A DNA stretch of 64,000 bases from Chloroflexota bacterium (GTDB lineage Bacteria; Chloroflexota; Dehalococcoidia; Lucifugimonadales; UBA3495). Where the stretch lies: the NCBI GenBank assembly GCA_027623675.1, contig JAQBVF010000012.1, forward strand, positions 1 through 64,000. Reading direction: 5' to 3'. Below the pieces are notes generated by a model. It was not told where the DNA came from, ran no database searches, and saw nothing but the letters and a program-made list of their open reading frames with translations. Made by a program: the position numbers and the translations under genes. This document shows positions 39,324 through 48,237 of the stretch, one piece after another; positions within the stretch are counted from its first letter, which is position 1, and every line of letters begins with the position of its first letter.

Positions 39324-40367
39324 ATGGTTTCCAAAGACGCGCTTAACTTGACCGGCGCCATTGAGCTGATGTTCGAGACCGGCTGGACCGACGGCTTGCC
39401 CGTGGTCCCGCCCACCGGCGACCGGGTCAAGCAGTTCGTCGACTACACCGGGCGAGACCCAGGCGAACTCATCGCGGAACTGCCCCCGCTGGGCGGCAAA
39501 GCTACGGTGGAGCGCATCGCCGTTAACGCCGTGATGGCCGGCTGCGTCCCCGAGTACATGCCGGTGGTCATAACCGCCATCCAAGCCATGATGGACGACC
39601 GCTTCAACCTGCGGGGCGTCATGTGCTCCACGGGCATCCACACGCCTCTGGTCATCGTCAGCGGCCCCATCGTGAAAGAGCTAAACATCAACGGCGGCTA
39701 CAACTGTTTCGGGCAGGGCTGGCGGGCCAACGCCACCATCGGCCGGGCCGTCAAACTGGCCCTGGTCAACCTGGGCGGCGCCATCCCCGGCGAGACCAAC
39801 AAGGCGACCTTCGGCCATCCCGGCGCCTACACCTACTGCGTGGCCGAAGACCAGGACATCAACCCCTGGGAGCCGCTGCACACCGACACCGGCCTGGACG
39901 CCTCGGATAGCGCCGTGACCGTGTTCCCTGCGGAAGCCCCCCACAACGTCATGTACCACGCCAACAACCCCCGAGACTTTCTGACGGTGTTGGCCGACAC
40001 CATGTGCACCTTGGGCAACGTGCAGATGTACGTGATGGGCGACACATTCGTGGTCATCGGCCCCGAACACGCCCGTTTCCTGCATGACGGCGGCTGGCGC
40101 AAGCAGGACATCCGCCAGTTCCTCTTTGAGCATGCCAGGAAGCCGGTCCGCGAGCTGAAACACGGCGGGCCGCCCCAGGGTGACGCCAACCGGGGTCACT
40201 TCTGGCCCCGGTTCGTGGACGCCAATGACGACGAACAGATGGTGCCGGTGGTGCGTGCCGCCGACCGCATCCATATCATGGTGGCCGGGGGCAGCGGCGG
40301 TCCTCACTCGGTGTACCTTCCCGGCTGGGGCTCGCGCCGGGTGACCAAGAAGATCGAGCGGACATAA
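39324..40367 (+). CDS. Conserved protein usually paired or fused with UGSC selenoproteins
   Basis: GWTDGLPVVPPT, AVNAVMAGC.PEY, RANATIGRA motifs. Confidence 0.8.
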   Translation: MVSKDALNLTGAIELMFETGWTDGLPVVPPTGDRVKQFVDYTGRDPGELIAELPPLGGKATVERIAVNAVMAGCVPEYMPVVITAIQAMMDDRFNLRGVMCSTGIHTPLVIVSGPIVKELNINGGYNCFGQGWRANATIGRAVKLALVNLGGAIPGETNKATFGHPGAYTYCVAEDQDINPWEPLHTDTGLDASDSAVTVFPAEAPHNVMYHANNPRDFLTVLADTMCTLGNVQMYVMGDTFVVIGPEHARFLHDGGWRKQDIRQFLFEHARKPVRELKHGGPPQGDANRGHFWPRFVDANDDEQMVPVVRAADRIHIMVAGGSGGPHSVYLPGWGSRRVTKKIERT

Positions 40368-40376
40368 GGAGTAGTC

Positions 40377-40976
40377 ATGGCCAGCGTATCTAGAGTGAGC
40401 GCGCCCGGTGTGAACGTGCCCGGAGCGAACCAAGCAGAGCGCCTGAAAGAGCTGGGCCTGCTCTCGCCCATCGACCCGGAGGCCTACTCCCGCTGGAGAC
40501 CGGCGCCGCGTTTGGAATCCATCCACGGCAAGACCGGCGGTTTCCTGGGCAACCGCAAGGCCAACGCCAGCCTGTTGCTCCAGGGCGTGATGGAACTGTT
40601 GGACAAGGATTTTGAACTGCGCGACGGCGTGACCACCGACAAGTACGTCTATTCGCGCCCGGCCGCGGATGACATAATCGACGACCTGGCCACCCGGTGC
40701 GACTTCGTGGTGACGGCCATCGCCGATTGAGGGTCTTGCACCGCGTGCAGTGTGCACGACGCAATGGCCCTGGAGAACCGGGGGGTGCCCACGATAGTGA
40801 TCTGCACCGACCCGTTCTTGAACTCGGCCCACCGCCACGCTAGCGTCTTCGGGCGCAAGGGCTTCCAGCCGTTGGGCATCCCCCATCCGCTGGGCGGAAT
40901 CACCCCGGACGCCGTCTCTCAGCGGGCCGGGGAACTGCATCAGCAGGTAATCAAGGCGCTGACGACCGGCGAGTAA
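40377..40976 (+). CDS. UGSC-family selenoprotein (Sec at UGA 40728-40730), 199 aa
   Basis: ORFs 40377-40730 and 40752-40976 are in the same frame and read ..TAIAD-U-GSCTACSVHD..; SECIS-like hairpin follows. Confidence 0.88.
40731..40770 (+). promoter_or_regulatory. Bacterial SECIS element (putative)
   Basis: GGGTC/GGCCC, TTGC/GCAA and CGTGCA/TGCACG stems; apical loop GUG begins 19 nt after the UGA. Confidence 0.78.
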
Positions 40977-41024
40977 ACTTTATGCGGTGAGTAGAACGCT
41001 CCCGCTTTATCAAAGGAGATGTGA

Positions 41025-41912
41025 ATGGTCAGAGTAGGGGCAGGCATCAGGGTATACGAGCAGGCGGAGAACTGGGAAAAATTGCCCGAGGGTTGGGTGC
41101 TGGGTCAGACGGCCATCGTCACCGACTCCCAAGACCGGGTTTACCTGTTCAACCGGGGCGATCATCCCCTGATCGTGTTGGACCGCGACGGCAATTTCCT
41201 GAACTCGTGGGGTGAAGGCCAACTGCCCGACGCCCACGGCATGTTCATCGACGCCGATGACAACCTGTACATGCCGGTCAAGAACAGCCACGTGGTGTTG
41301 AAGTACCGGCCCGACGGCGATCTACTGATGACGCTGGGGGAGTGGGACAAGCCATCGGATACCGGCTGGTCCGGCGACTACAGCGAACCGGCCAAACAGG
41401 CCGCCGGCCCCTTCAACCGGCCCAGCGACATCGCCTTGGACCCAGCCGGCGACCTGTATATATCAGACGGCTACGGCAACTCGAGGGTCCACAAATTCAC
41501 CGCCGACGGCAAGCTGCTCTTCTCCTGGGGGGAGCCGGGCAAGACCGGGCCGGGCGAGTTTCACGTGCCCCACGGCGTTTGGGTGCATACCGATGGCCGG
41601 GTGTTTGTCGCCGACCGGGAGAACAACCGCATCCAGATATTTGACGCCGACGGCAAGTACCTGGAGGAGTGGGGCGGCCTGGCGCGGCCCTGTGACATCT
41701 ACATCGACCAAGACGATGTCGTATACGTCCCCGAACTGGACGGGTTCATGAGCATCCTCAGCATCGAGGGTGATATCATCGCCACTTGGGACAGTCCACA
41801 GGACGCCGGCTGGGGCAACGGGGCCCACGCCGTCTGGATGGACTCCCGCGGCGACCTGTACGTGAACCAGAATGTGGAGGGCCACCGCCTGGTCAAGTAC
41901 ATCCGGCAGTAG
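41025..41912 (+). CDS. NHL-repeat protein, peptidyl-alpha-hydroxyglycine lyase-like
   Basis: FNRPSDIA, SDGYGNSRVHKF, PHGVW, ADRENNRIQIF. Confidence 0.88.
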   Translation: MVRVGAGIRVYEQAENWEKLPEGWVLGQTAIVTDSQDRVYLFNRGDHPLIVLDRDGNFLNSWGEGQLPDAHGMFIDADDNLYMPVKNSHVVLKYRPDGDLLMTLGEWDKPSDTGWSGDYSEPAKQAAGPFNRPSDIALDPAGDLYISDGYGNSRVHKFTADGKLLFSWGEPGKTGPGEFHVPHGVWVHTDGRVFVADRENNRIQIFDADGKYLEEWGGLARPCDIYIDQDDVVYVPELDGFMSILSIEGDIIATWDSPQDAGWGNGAHAVWMDSRGDLYVNQNVEGHRLVKYIRQ

Positions 41913-41939
41913 GCGGGTGACATCAGGGCCTCCGAACCC

Positions 41940-42038
41940 TGTTATTCCGAAGTCCCGACGCGTTGGGAAGGAAACCCGTTGCCGCCGGGCCAGCACCGAA
42001 CAAGAATAAAAAGCCCCTCGCTACATTCGAGGTGACGG
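41940..42038. repeat. Degenerate REP/REPIN-like element
   Basis: Left arm TGTTATTCCGAAG...GGAAACCC, right arm CCCTCGCTACATTCGAGGTGACG; similar to 22363-22474. Confidence 0.4.
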
Positions 42039-42106
42039 TCGAGCAGGACGGCTCCAGTCGCCATAAGTGACTGGGGCAGACTCAGCATTAGCGACGGAGG
42101 GACTGC

Positions 42107-43120
42107 ATGCGGGCCGGATACCAAGTGGGGCACGTGGTGCTGCGGGGCACGGTGGACCATCAACAGCAGTGGCAGGACCTCCTGAGCCAGTACCGGGCGG
42201 TCAACGACGCCGGGTTCGACTCGTACTGCTATGGCAACCATTTCCTGATCGACCCCTTTCAGCACTTCCAGCCATGGACGGTGCTGGCGCGGCTGGCCGC
42301 CGAGCCCGGAAACATGACCCTGGCAACGTCGGTGCTGCTGCTGCCCCTGCTAAATCCGGTGGAGGTCGCCGAACAGGCCGCCACGCTGGACCACATCGCC
42401 CAGGGGCGGTTCGTGTTGGGGGTGGGCTTGGGCTACCGGCCCGAAGAATGCGAGGCCTTTGGCATCAAGATGTCGGAGCGCGGCGGGCGTATCACCGAGT
42501 CGTTGGAACTGATGCGGCGGCTTTGGACCGAGGACGAGGTGACCCACCACGGCAAGTATTACAATGTCACCGGCGCCAAACCGACGGCCCGGCCCTACCA
42601 GAAGCCCGGTCCCAAGGTCTGGCAGGCTGCCATGAGCGACCCCGCCATCCGCCGGGTTGGCCGCACCGGCGACATCTTGTTCGTGGGGCCGGCCCAGGGA
42701 AACGAGACGATCAGGAAGCAGATCGACCTCTACCACGACACTATGGAGAAGAACGGCCACGAGCAGCCCCAGGAGATGGTGGTCGTGAGGGAGTTCTTCT
42801 GCGCCGCTACCCACGAAGAAGCCCTGCGCAAAGCGCGGGCCGGCTTTGAGACCAAGTACCGGGTCTATCGAGAGCAGGGGCTACACGGCGCCGACGGCGA
42901 ATTGGCCCGAAAGGTGACCGGCGACCTGGAAACGCTGATGGACGACACCTTTGTGCTGGGCAGCCCCGATGAGTGTCTGGAGCAGATTGACGAATACAAA
43001 AAGATGGGTTTTACCGACGTCATCATCCGTTTGTTCTACCCAGAGATGTCTCAGTCCGAAGCGCTGGAGCACATTGACCTGGTGGGGAGAGAAGTCATCC
43101 CGGAGATGCACCGGCTTTAG
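42107..43120 (+). CDS. LLM-class flavin-dependent oxidoreductase
   Basis: NPVEVAEQAATLD..AQGR.VLGVGLGY, GSPDEC. Confidence 0.9.
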   Translation: MRAGYQVGHVVLRGTVDHQQQWQDLLSQYRAVNDAGFDSYCYGNHFLIDPFQHFQPWTVLARLAAEPGNMTLATSVLLLPLLNPVEVAEQAATLDHIAQGRFVLGVGLGYRPEECEAFGIKMSERGGRITESLELMRRLWTEDEVTHHGKYYNVTGAKPTARPYQKPGPKVWQAAMSDPAIRRVGRTGDILFVGPAQGNETIRKQIDLYHDTMEKNGHEQPQEMVVVREFFCAATHEEALRKARAGFETKYRVYREQGLHGADGELARKVTGDLETLMDDTFVLGSPDECLEQIDEYKKMGFTDVIIRLFYPEMSQSEALEHIDLVGREVIPEMHRL

Positions 43121-43252
43121 ACGAAAGTGCTGGAGCACATCGACCTGGTGGGACGGGAAGTGATCCCGGAGATGCACCGGCTTTAGAGGAAAGCGCTGGA
43201 GCACATCGACCTGGTGGGACGAGAAGTCATCCCAGAGATGCACCGGATCTGA
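43058..43252 (+). repeat. Three in-frame 66-bp tandem copies of the LLM gene 3' end
   Basis: Period of exactly 66 nt; each copy encodes LEHIDLVGREVIPEMHR(L/I)*. Confidence 0.95.
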
Positions 43253-43265
43253 TCAGGGGAATGGC

Positions 43266-43568
43266 ATGGGCGTCGTGGGCGAAACCGGCATCTGGGTTAC
43301 GGTGATTCTGGCCGGAATATTGGCTCTGGGAGTGCGGGAATACGTCCGGGCCAACGGGACCTTCTCCGCCCGGTTGGAGCAGGTCAAACTTACCTTCGCG
43401 GCGGGGATCCTGGTGCTGCTGGGCGTGACGTCGGCCGTTCTGGCGGTGATGTTCATCTATGCCGTGGTTATCGTGGAGATCTGGCGGCCGCTGCTGGTCG
43501 TTCTGGCCGTGATCTCCGGGTTGGCCGCCTGCCTGATCTGGTGGCTGAGAAGGAGCAATGAGCCGTAG
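43266..43568 (+). CDS. Small hypothetical membrane protein (~3 TM)
   Basis: Three hydrophobic segments. Confidence 0.6.
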   Translation: MGVVGETGIWVTVILAGILALGVREYVRANGTFSARLEQVKLTFAAGILVLLGVTSAVLAVMFIYAVVIVEIWRPLLVVLAVISGLAACLIWWLRRSNEP

Positions 43569-43621
43569 ATCCGCTGGAGAATAGGATCCGCGGGCAAATA
43601 ATTAAGAGTTAGGAGCAAGAG

Positions 43622-44518
43622 TTGGAAGTTGGAGTGATTTTCCCCCAGACAGAGATCGAGCCTGACCCGTCGGCCATCAAGGACTTTGCTCAAGCCGCCG
43701 AGGGCATGGGCTACGCCTACATATTCATCGCCGACCACGTGCTGGGCGCCGACCCGGCCCACCATGATTTCCCGGCGCTGCGCACCTACAACCACAGATC
43801 GGTGGTCCACGAAACGCTGACCCTGATGGGCTATCTCTCGGCCATCACCGAGCGGGTCGGGCTGGCCACGGGCATCCTGATCCTGCCCCAACGCCAGACG
43901 GTGCTGGTCGCCAAGCAGGCCGCGGAGGTCGACGTGCTGTCCGGCGGACGGCTGCGCCTGGGCATCGGCGTGGGTTGGAACACCGTGGAGTACGAGGCGC
44001 TGGGCGAGGATTTCCACAACCGAGGGGCACGCAGCGCCGAGCAGATCGAGGTCCTGCGGGCGCTCTGGACCCAGGACGTGGTGGATTTTCACGGCAAATG
44101 GCACAACATCAGCCACGCGGGATTGAACCCCCTGCCGGTCCAGCGGCCCATTCCCATCTACCTGGGCGCGGGCAGCTCCCAGAGTCCCACGCCTCCGGAT
44201 TCGGTGCTCAAGCGCGTGGCCCGCTTGGCCGACGGCTGGTGCCCCAACTTCAACCCCGACGAAAGCGGCCGCGCCATCGTGGAACGCACCCACGGTTTCA
44301 TGAAAGAGATGGGCCGCGACCCCGCCACGTTGGGGCTGGATGGGCGTCTCCGCACCGGCGGCCGGCAGCCCGAGGACTGGCTGGACGAGGCCAAGGCCTG
44401 GAAAGAGCTGGGCGCGGACTACCTGTCCATCGAGAACCGCCAGGGCGGACTGACCACCGCCGGAGAGCACATCGAGGCCATGCGGCGCTTCAAAGAAACT
44501 ATCGGGTTCGACATCTAG
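43622..44518 (+). CDS. LLM-class, probably F420-dependent oxidoreductase
   Basis: ADHVLG, LPQRQTVLVAKQAAEVD.LSGGRLRLGIGVGWN, ADGW. Confidence 0.9.
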   Translation: MEVGVIFPQTEIEPDPSAIKDFAQAAEGMGYAYIFIADHVLGADPAHHDFPALRTYNHRSVVHETLTLMGYLSAITERVGLATGILILPQRQTVLVAKQAAEVDVLSGGRLRLGIGVGWNTVEYEALGEDFHNRGARSAEQIEVLRALWTQDVVDFHGKWHNISHAGLNPLPVQRPIPIYLGAGSSQSPTPPDSVLKRVARLADGWCPNFNPDESGRAIVERTHGFMKEMGRDPATLGLDGRLRTGGRQPEDWLDEAKAWKELGADYLSIENRQGGLTTAGEHIEAMRRFKETIGFDI

Positions 44519-44523
44519 CGCGC

Positions 44524-44979
44524 ATGGCGACTTTCGAGCCCAGAGACCCGGAGTTTGAGGCCAAGATTCGCGCCAGTTTTGGCCAGCAGACCGCCATGCA
44601 AACCCTGGGCGCGGTCATGGGCAACGTGTCGCCCGGCCAGGTCGAGATTGAGATGCCCTACCGGGCCGACCTGGCGCAGCAGCACGGCTTCATCCACGGC
44701 GGCATCGTCACGGCGATCTTGGACAGCGCCTGCGGGTATGCGGCCTTCAGCCTGAGCGCCCCCGGCACCGCGGTGCTGACCGTGGAATACAAGGTCAACT
44801 TCGTCGCCCCGGCCAAAGGCGAACGATTCGTGGCCCGGGGAGAAGTTGTGCGGTCCGGCGCCACCATCGCCGTCTGCAAGGGCGACGTTTTTGCCTACGA
44901 CAACGGTGAAGAGAAGCTGGTCGCCACCATGCTAACCACCATGATGCTCACGCCCAACCGCCCCAATCTGGCTAACTAG
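44524..44979 (+). CDS. PaaI family thioesterase
   Basis: QQHGFIHGG...LDSACG, TVEYKVNF.APA; true start MATFEPRDP. Confidence 0.9.
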   Translation: MATFEPRDPEFEAKIRASFGQQTAMQTLGAVMGNVSPGQVEIEMPYRADLAQQHGFIHGGIVTAILDSACGYAAFSLSAPGTAVLTVEYKVNFVAPAKGERFVARGEVVRSGATIAVCKGDVFAYDNGEEKLVATMLTTMMLTPNRPNLAN

Positions 44980-44995
44980 GAGCTACGCTTCACAA

Positions 44996-45224
44996 ATGCC
45001 GAGACGGTATCGACCCAGTGAAGTCGCGAAGATAGCCTCCAGGTTAGGCTGGGAATACAGCCATCACACCGGGAACCACGCGATATACACCTGACCCGGC
45101 CGACTCCAATGTCACCATACCGGAACACCGAGGCGAGATTCGAGTTGGGACTGCGGGAAGCATCATTAAGCAGATGGGTCTCACTCGCCGCGAATTCGAT
45201 AAGATAGCCGAAGAGGTCTTGTGA
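44996..45224 (+). pseudogene. hicA: HicA toxin pseudogene (premature TGA plus frameshift)
   Basis: MPRRYRPSEVAKIASRLGWEYSHHTGNHAIYT* (TGA 45092-94), then in the +1 frame NVTIPEHRGEIRVGTAGSIIKQMGLTRREF; stop overlaps the hicB start. Confidence 0.82.
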
Positions 45225-45514
45225 TGGTCAAGAAAAAATTCACGGTTATCCTGATCCCTCAGGACGAGGGAGGCTACCAGGCGTTCTTCCCGTATTACCC
45301 GGAGTGCACCACGGACGGCGACACTGTGGAAGAGGCTCTGGCCAACGCCAAAGACGCCTTGGAGGGTATCTTGGTGGTCGAGGCGGAGCGTGGCGGCGAT
45401 CCGGTTCCGGGTTTTGTCCACGCGCTGCACGTGGTGGTGGGAACCTTGGACATCGACGTGCCGGATAGTCTGATTGAATCAAATGTCGGCGCTGGCGAAA
45501 CCATCATCGCCTAG
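45224..45514 (+). CDS. hicB: HicB-family antitoxin
   Basis: FTVILIPQDEGGY.AFFP.YPECTTDGDTVEEALANAKDAL. Confidence 0.9.
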   Translation: MVKKKFTVILIPQDEGGYQAFFPYYPECTTDGDTVEEALANAKDALEGILVVEAERGGDPVPGFVHALHVVVGTLDIDVPDSLIESNVGAGETIIA

Positions 45515-45536
45515 ATCAAAGCCTGCGAGAATATCA

Positions 45537-45576
45537 GAAAAGGGGCGTCGGCTTCTGGACGCCCCTTTCCTATTTT
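45537..45576. terminator. Bidirectional terminator
   Basis: AAAGGGGCGTC...GACGCCCCTTT between convergent genes. Confidence 0.7.
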
Positions 45577-45600
45577 ATGCCGGGCGTTCGGGAAAGAGCC

Positions 45601-46683
45601 CTAATCGAACATCATTACGCTGCGGGCTACCGAGCCATCCTTCATGTACCCGAACGCCTCGTTGACGTCTTCCAGCTTGAGACGCTTGGAGACCAGTTCA
45701 TCCAGCTTCAGGCGGCCCTGCAGGTAGAAATCTATGTACCGGGGCATGTCCACCCGGAAGTGGTTTGAGCCCATGCTGCTGCCCTGGATTCGCCGCTCCC
45801 GGATGAACGCCGCGCCGTCCAGCTCGATCTTGGTGCCTTGGGGAATCATGCCGATGATGGTCGCCGTGCCGCCAGCCCGCAGTATCCCGAAGGACTGCTC
45901 GGCGGTCTCCTTCTTCCCGATGGCCTCAAAGGAGTAGTCCACGCCGCCGTTGGTCAGGTCCTTGACCCGCGCTTCAACGTCGCCGGTGGATGCGTCGATA
46001 ACGTCGGTTGCGCCGAACTCCCGGGCCAGGGTCAGCTTGTCCTCCACGGCGTCGATGGCGATGATGCGCAGCGCCCCAGCCAGCCGCGCGCCCTGGATGG
46101 CGTTCAAGCCCACGCCGCCGCAGCCGATGACCGCCACCGTGCTGCCCGGCTCCACCTTGGCGGTGTTCATAGCCGCGCCCAGTCCGGTGGTCGCGCCGCA
46201 GCCGATCAGCGCCATCTGCTCGAAGCCGATGTCCTGCTGGATCTTCACCAGGGAATTCTCGTGGACCAGCATCATCTCGGCGTAGGCGCCCAGGTTGGCG
46301 AACTGGGTCACCGGGCCGCCGTTCTGGCTGAGCCTGGGTGTTTCGCCGGGACCCCGTATCAGCCCGGTGCGGGAGCAGAGCACGGGCCGGCCGGTGGTGC
46401 AGCGCTCGCACTGGCCGCAGAACACCGAGAGACAGCAGATGACCCGGTCGCCGGGAGAGACGTAATCCACCTGGCTGCCCACTGCCTCCACCGTTCCGGA
46501 GGCTTCATGGCCCAGCACCACCGGCATGGCGATGGTGTAGAGTCCTTCAACGAAATGGAGGTCGCTGTGGCAAACGCCCGAGGCCCTGGTCCGCACCAAC
46601 ACCTCTCTGGGGCCCGGGTCGGCGACGGTGACATCTTCCATCTGCAACGGCTGGTTCACCTCATGCAACACGGCTGCCTTCAT
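45601..46683 (-). CDS. Zn-dependent alcohol dehydrogenase
   Basis: GVCHSD, GHE, CGQCERC..C, GCGGVG. Confidence 0.93.
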   Translation of the reverse strand: MKAAVLHEVNQPLQMEDVTVADPGPREVLVRTRASGVCHSDLHFVEGLYTIAMPVVLGHEASGTVEAVGSQVDYVSPGDRVICCLSVFCGQCERCTTGRPVLCSRTGLIRGPGETPRLSQNGGPVTQFANLGAYAEMMLVHENSLVKIQQDIGFEQMALIGCGATTGLGAAMNTAKVEPGSTVAVIGCGGVGLNAIQGARLAGALRIIAIDAVEDKLTLAREFGATDVIDASTGDVEARVKDLTNGGVDYSFEAIGKKETAEQSFGILRAGGTATIIGMIPQGTKIELDGAAFIRERRIQGSSMGSNHFRVDMPRYIDFYLQGRLKLDELVSKRLKLEDVNEAFGYMKDGSVARSVMMFD

Positions 46684-46817
46684 GGTGCGTCCTCCTGTAG
46701 GCCGGGGGAGATTATCGGTCTGAATCTTGGTTCGGAATGATACGCCGAATCACGTGGAGGCGGCAAACCAACTTGCGTTGGCCAGGACCGCCGAGGTCTT
46801 CATCTGCCGGCCGGCGG

Positions 46818-48176
46818 TCAGACGGTCACGCCGGTGAAATTGAAGCTGCTTAGTTTCAGGGCAGGGACCCTGGTGGCGAACCCAACCTCGTTCAGGACCA
46901 GCTTGGACTCGCTGCCCACATGCTCAACCCCGGCCAGGGCCTCCACATAGGACTGGGTGAACCGCAGGTCCTTCACCGGGTGGGTGATCTGGCCGTTCTC
47001 GATCATGAAGGTGCCGTCGCGGGTCATCCCGGTCATGACACAGTTCTTGGAATGGGCTAGGCGGGTGTAGAAGAAGCGGGTCACGTACACGCCGCGCCGG
47101 GTTGAGGCGATGAGTTCATCCAGAGACGAATCGCCTTCCTGCATGAACAGGTTGCTGGCGATGGGGCCGCCGGTGAAATAGGCCTGGTGCCCGGTGGAAA
47201 CCGTGCCTTCTTTGCCGGCGGTGTAGGAGTTATACACCGGCGTGTTCACCACTCCCTGGGTGATGATGTCCACCCGCTGCCGGGGCACGCCCTCCGCGTC
47301 GAAGGGGACGGGCCAGCCGTGAGAGGCCGTGCCCTCGTCCCACACCGTGACGCTGGGGCTCATGGCCCGTGCTCCTTCCTGCCCACCCGTTTGACCCTGG
47401 CCGAGGTGGTCGTTCATCCAACTGCGGCCTTCCTGCACCGCCTGGGCGCCCATGCCGTAGAGGCTGAGGGCTTCCAGGATGTCGTCCACGGCGTAGGTGT
47501 CCAGCACCACCGGATAGCGGCCCGGCTCCACGGCCACCGGGTCGCGGCCGTCCACCGCCTTGGCGACAGCCTCCCGGCCCAGGGCTTCGGTGTCCATGTC
47601 GGAGAGCCGCCAGGAGCCGCCCTTGGCCCACCCGGCGGAGGTCGCGCTCATGGTGTTGATGATCAGCCCAGCGAGGGTCCCGGCGTGGTAGGCCCTGGTC
47701 CCGTGGCTGCTGACCACCGCGATCTCCTGCACGCCGGTCCGGCAGGCCCCGGAGACGTTCAGGCCGTGTTCTTTGCCCTGAAGGCAGACGCCTTCGACGA
47801 TCTTGGCCCGGGTTTCGGGACTGCACATCGCGGTGGCTTGGTCCCAACTGTCGACGGTGTCCGGTTCGGGCGGAGTTGGCAGTCCCAGGAACCCGGGGTC
47901 TTCGGGCATGAGCAGGGCGTTCTTGTGGGCGGCTGCCATGGCTTTTTGCACGCCGGCGTCGCTAAGGTCGTTGGTGGTGGCCCGCCCCAGCCGCTTCCCC
48001 GAGACCGAGCGCACGTTAAGGGTGATGTTTCCGTGGGCCACGTTCTGGTGGATGGCCCCACCGGCGAACCTGGAGAGCCCCAGGTCCTGGGCGCTGAGAA
48101 AGATGTCGGCCTCCTCCCCTTTGGAATAGCCCAAGGCTCTATCCAGAAGGGCCAAAGCGGCCTCTCTTCCCATCAT
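46818..48176 (-). CDS. pmbA: TldD/PmbA family, PmbA/TldE subunit
   Basis: PFDAEG, STGH, TGMTRDGTF, lacks HExxxH. Confidence 0.88.
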   Translation of the reverse strand: MMGREAALALLDRALGYSKGEEADIFLSAQDLGLSRFAGGAIHQNVAHGNITLNVRSVSGKRLGRATTNDLSDAGVQKAMAAAHKNALLMPEDPGFLGLPTPPEPDTVDSWDQATAMCSPETRAKIVEGVCLQGKEHGLNVSGACRTGVQEIAVVSSHGTRAYHAGTLAGLIINTMSATSAGWAKGGSWRLSDMDTEALGREAVAKAVDGRDPVAVEPGRYPVVLDTYAVDDILEALSLYGMGAQAVQEGRSWMNDHLGQGQTGGQEGARAMSPSVTVWDEGTASHGWPVPFDAEGVPRQRVDIITQGVVNTPVYNSYTAGKEGTVSTGHQAYFTGGPIASNLFMQEGDSSLDELIASTRRGVYVTRFFYTRLAHSKNCVMTGMTRDGTFMIENGQITHPVKDLRFTQSYVEALAGVEHVGSESKLVLNEVGFATRVPALKLSSFNFTGVTV

Positions 48177-48237
48177 GTTGCCGCTCCTTTCACCATCGCT
48201 CTCTCTAAATGGACATTTAGGGGTACATTTGGCTCCA

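Noticed and set aside
40377..40976. Two separate small genes or a pseudogene
   Set aside because: Same frame, UGSC motif at the stop and a SECIS-like hairpin favour one selenoprotein.
43058..43252. 66-bp repeats as a CRISPR array or a DGR template/variable pair
   Set aside because: No unique spacers, no cas or reverse transcriptase gene, and differences are not adenine-specific.
43975..44523. N-terminal extension of the PaaI thioesterase
   Set aside because: Alternate-frame overlap with the LLM gene; the real start is 44524.
45092..45094. TGA in hicA as selenocysteine or read-through
   Set aside because: A frameshift follows within a few codons, so read-through would not restore the protein.
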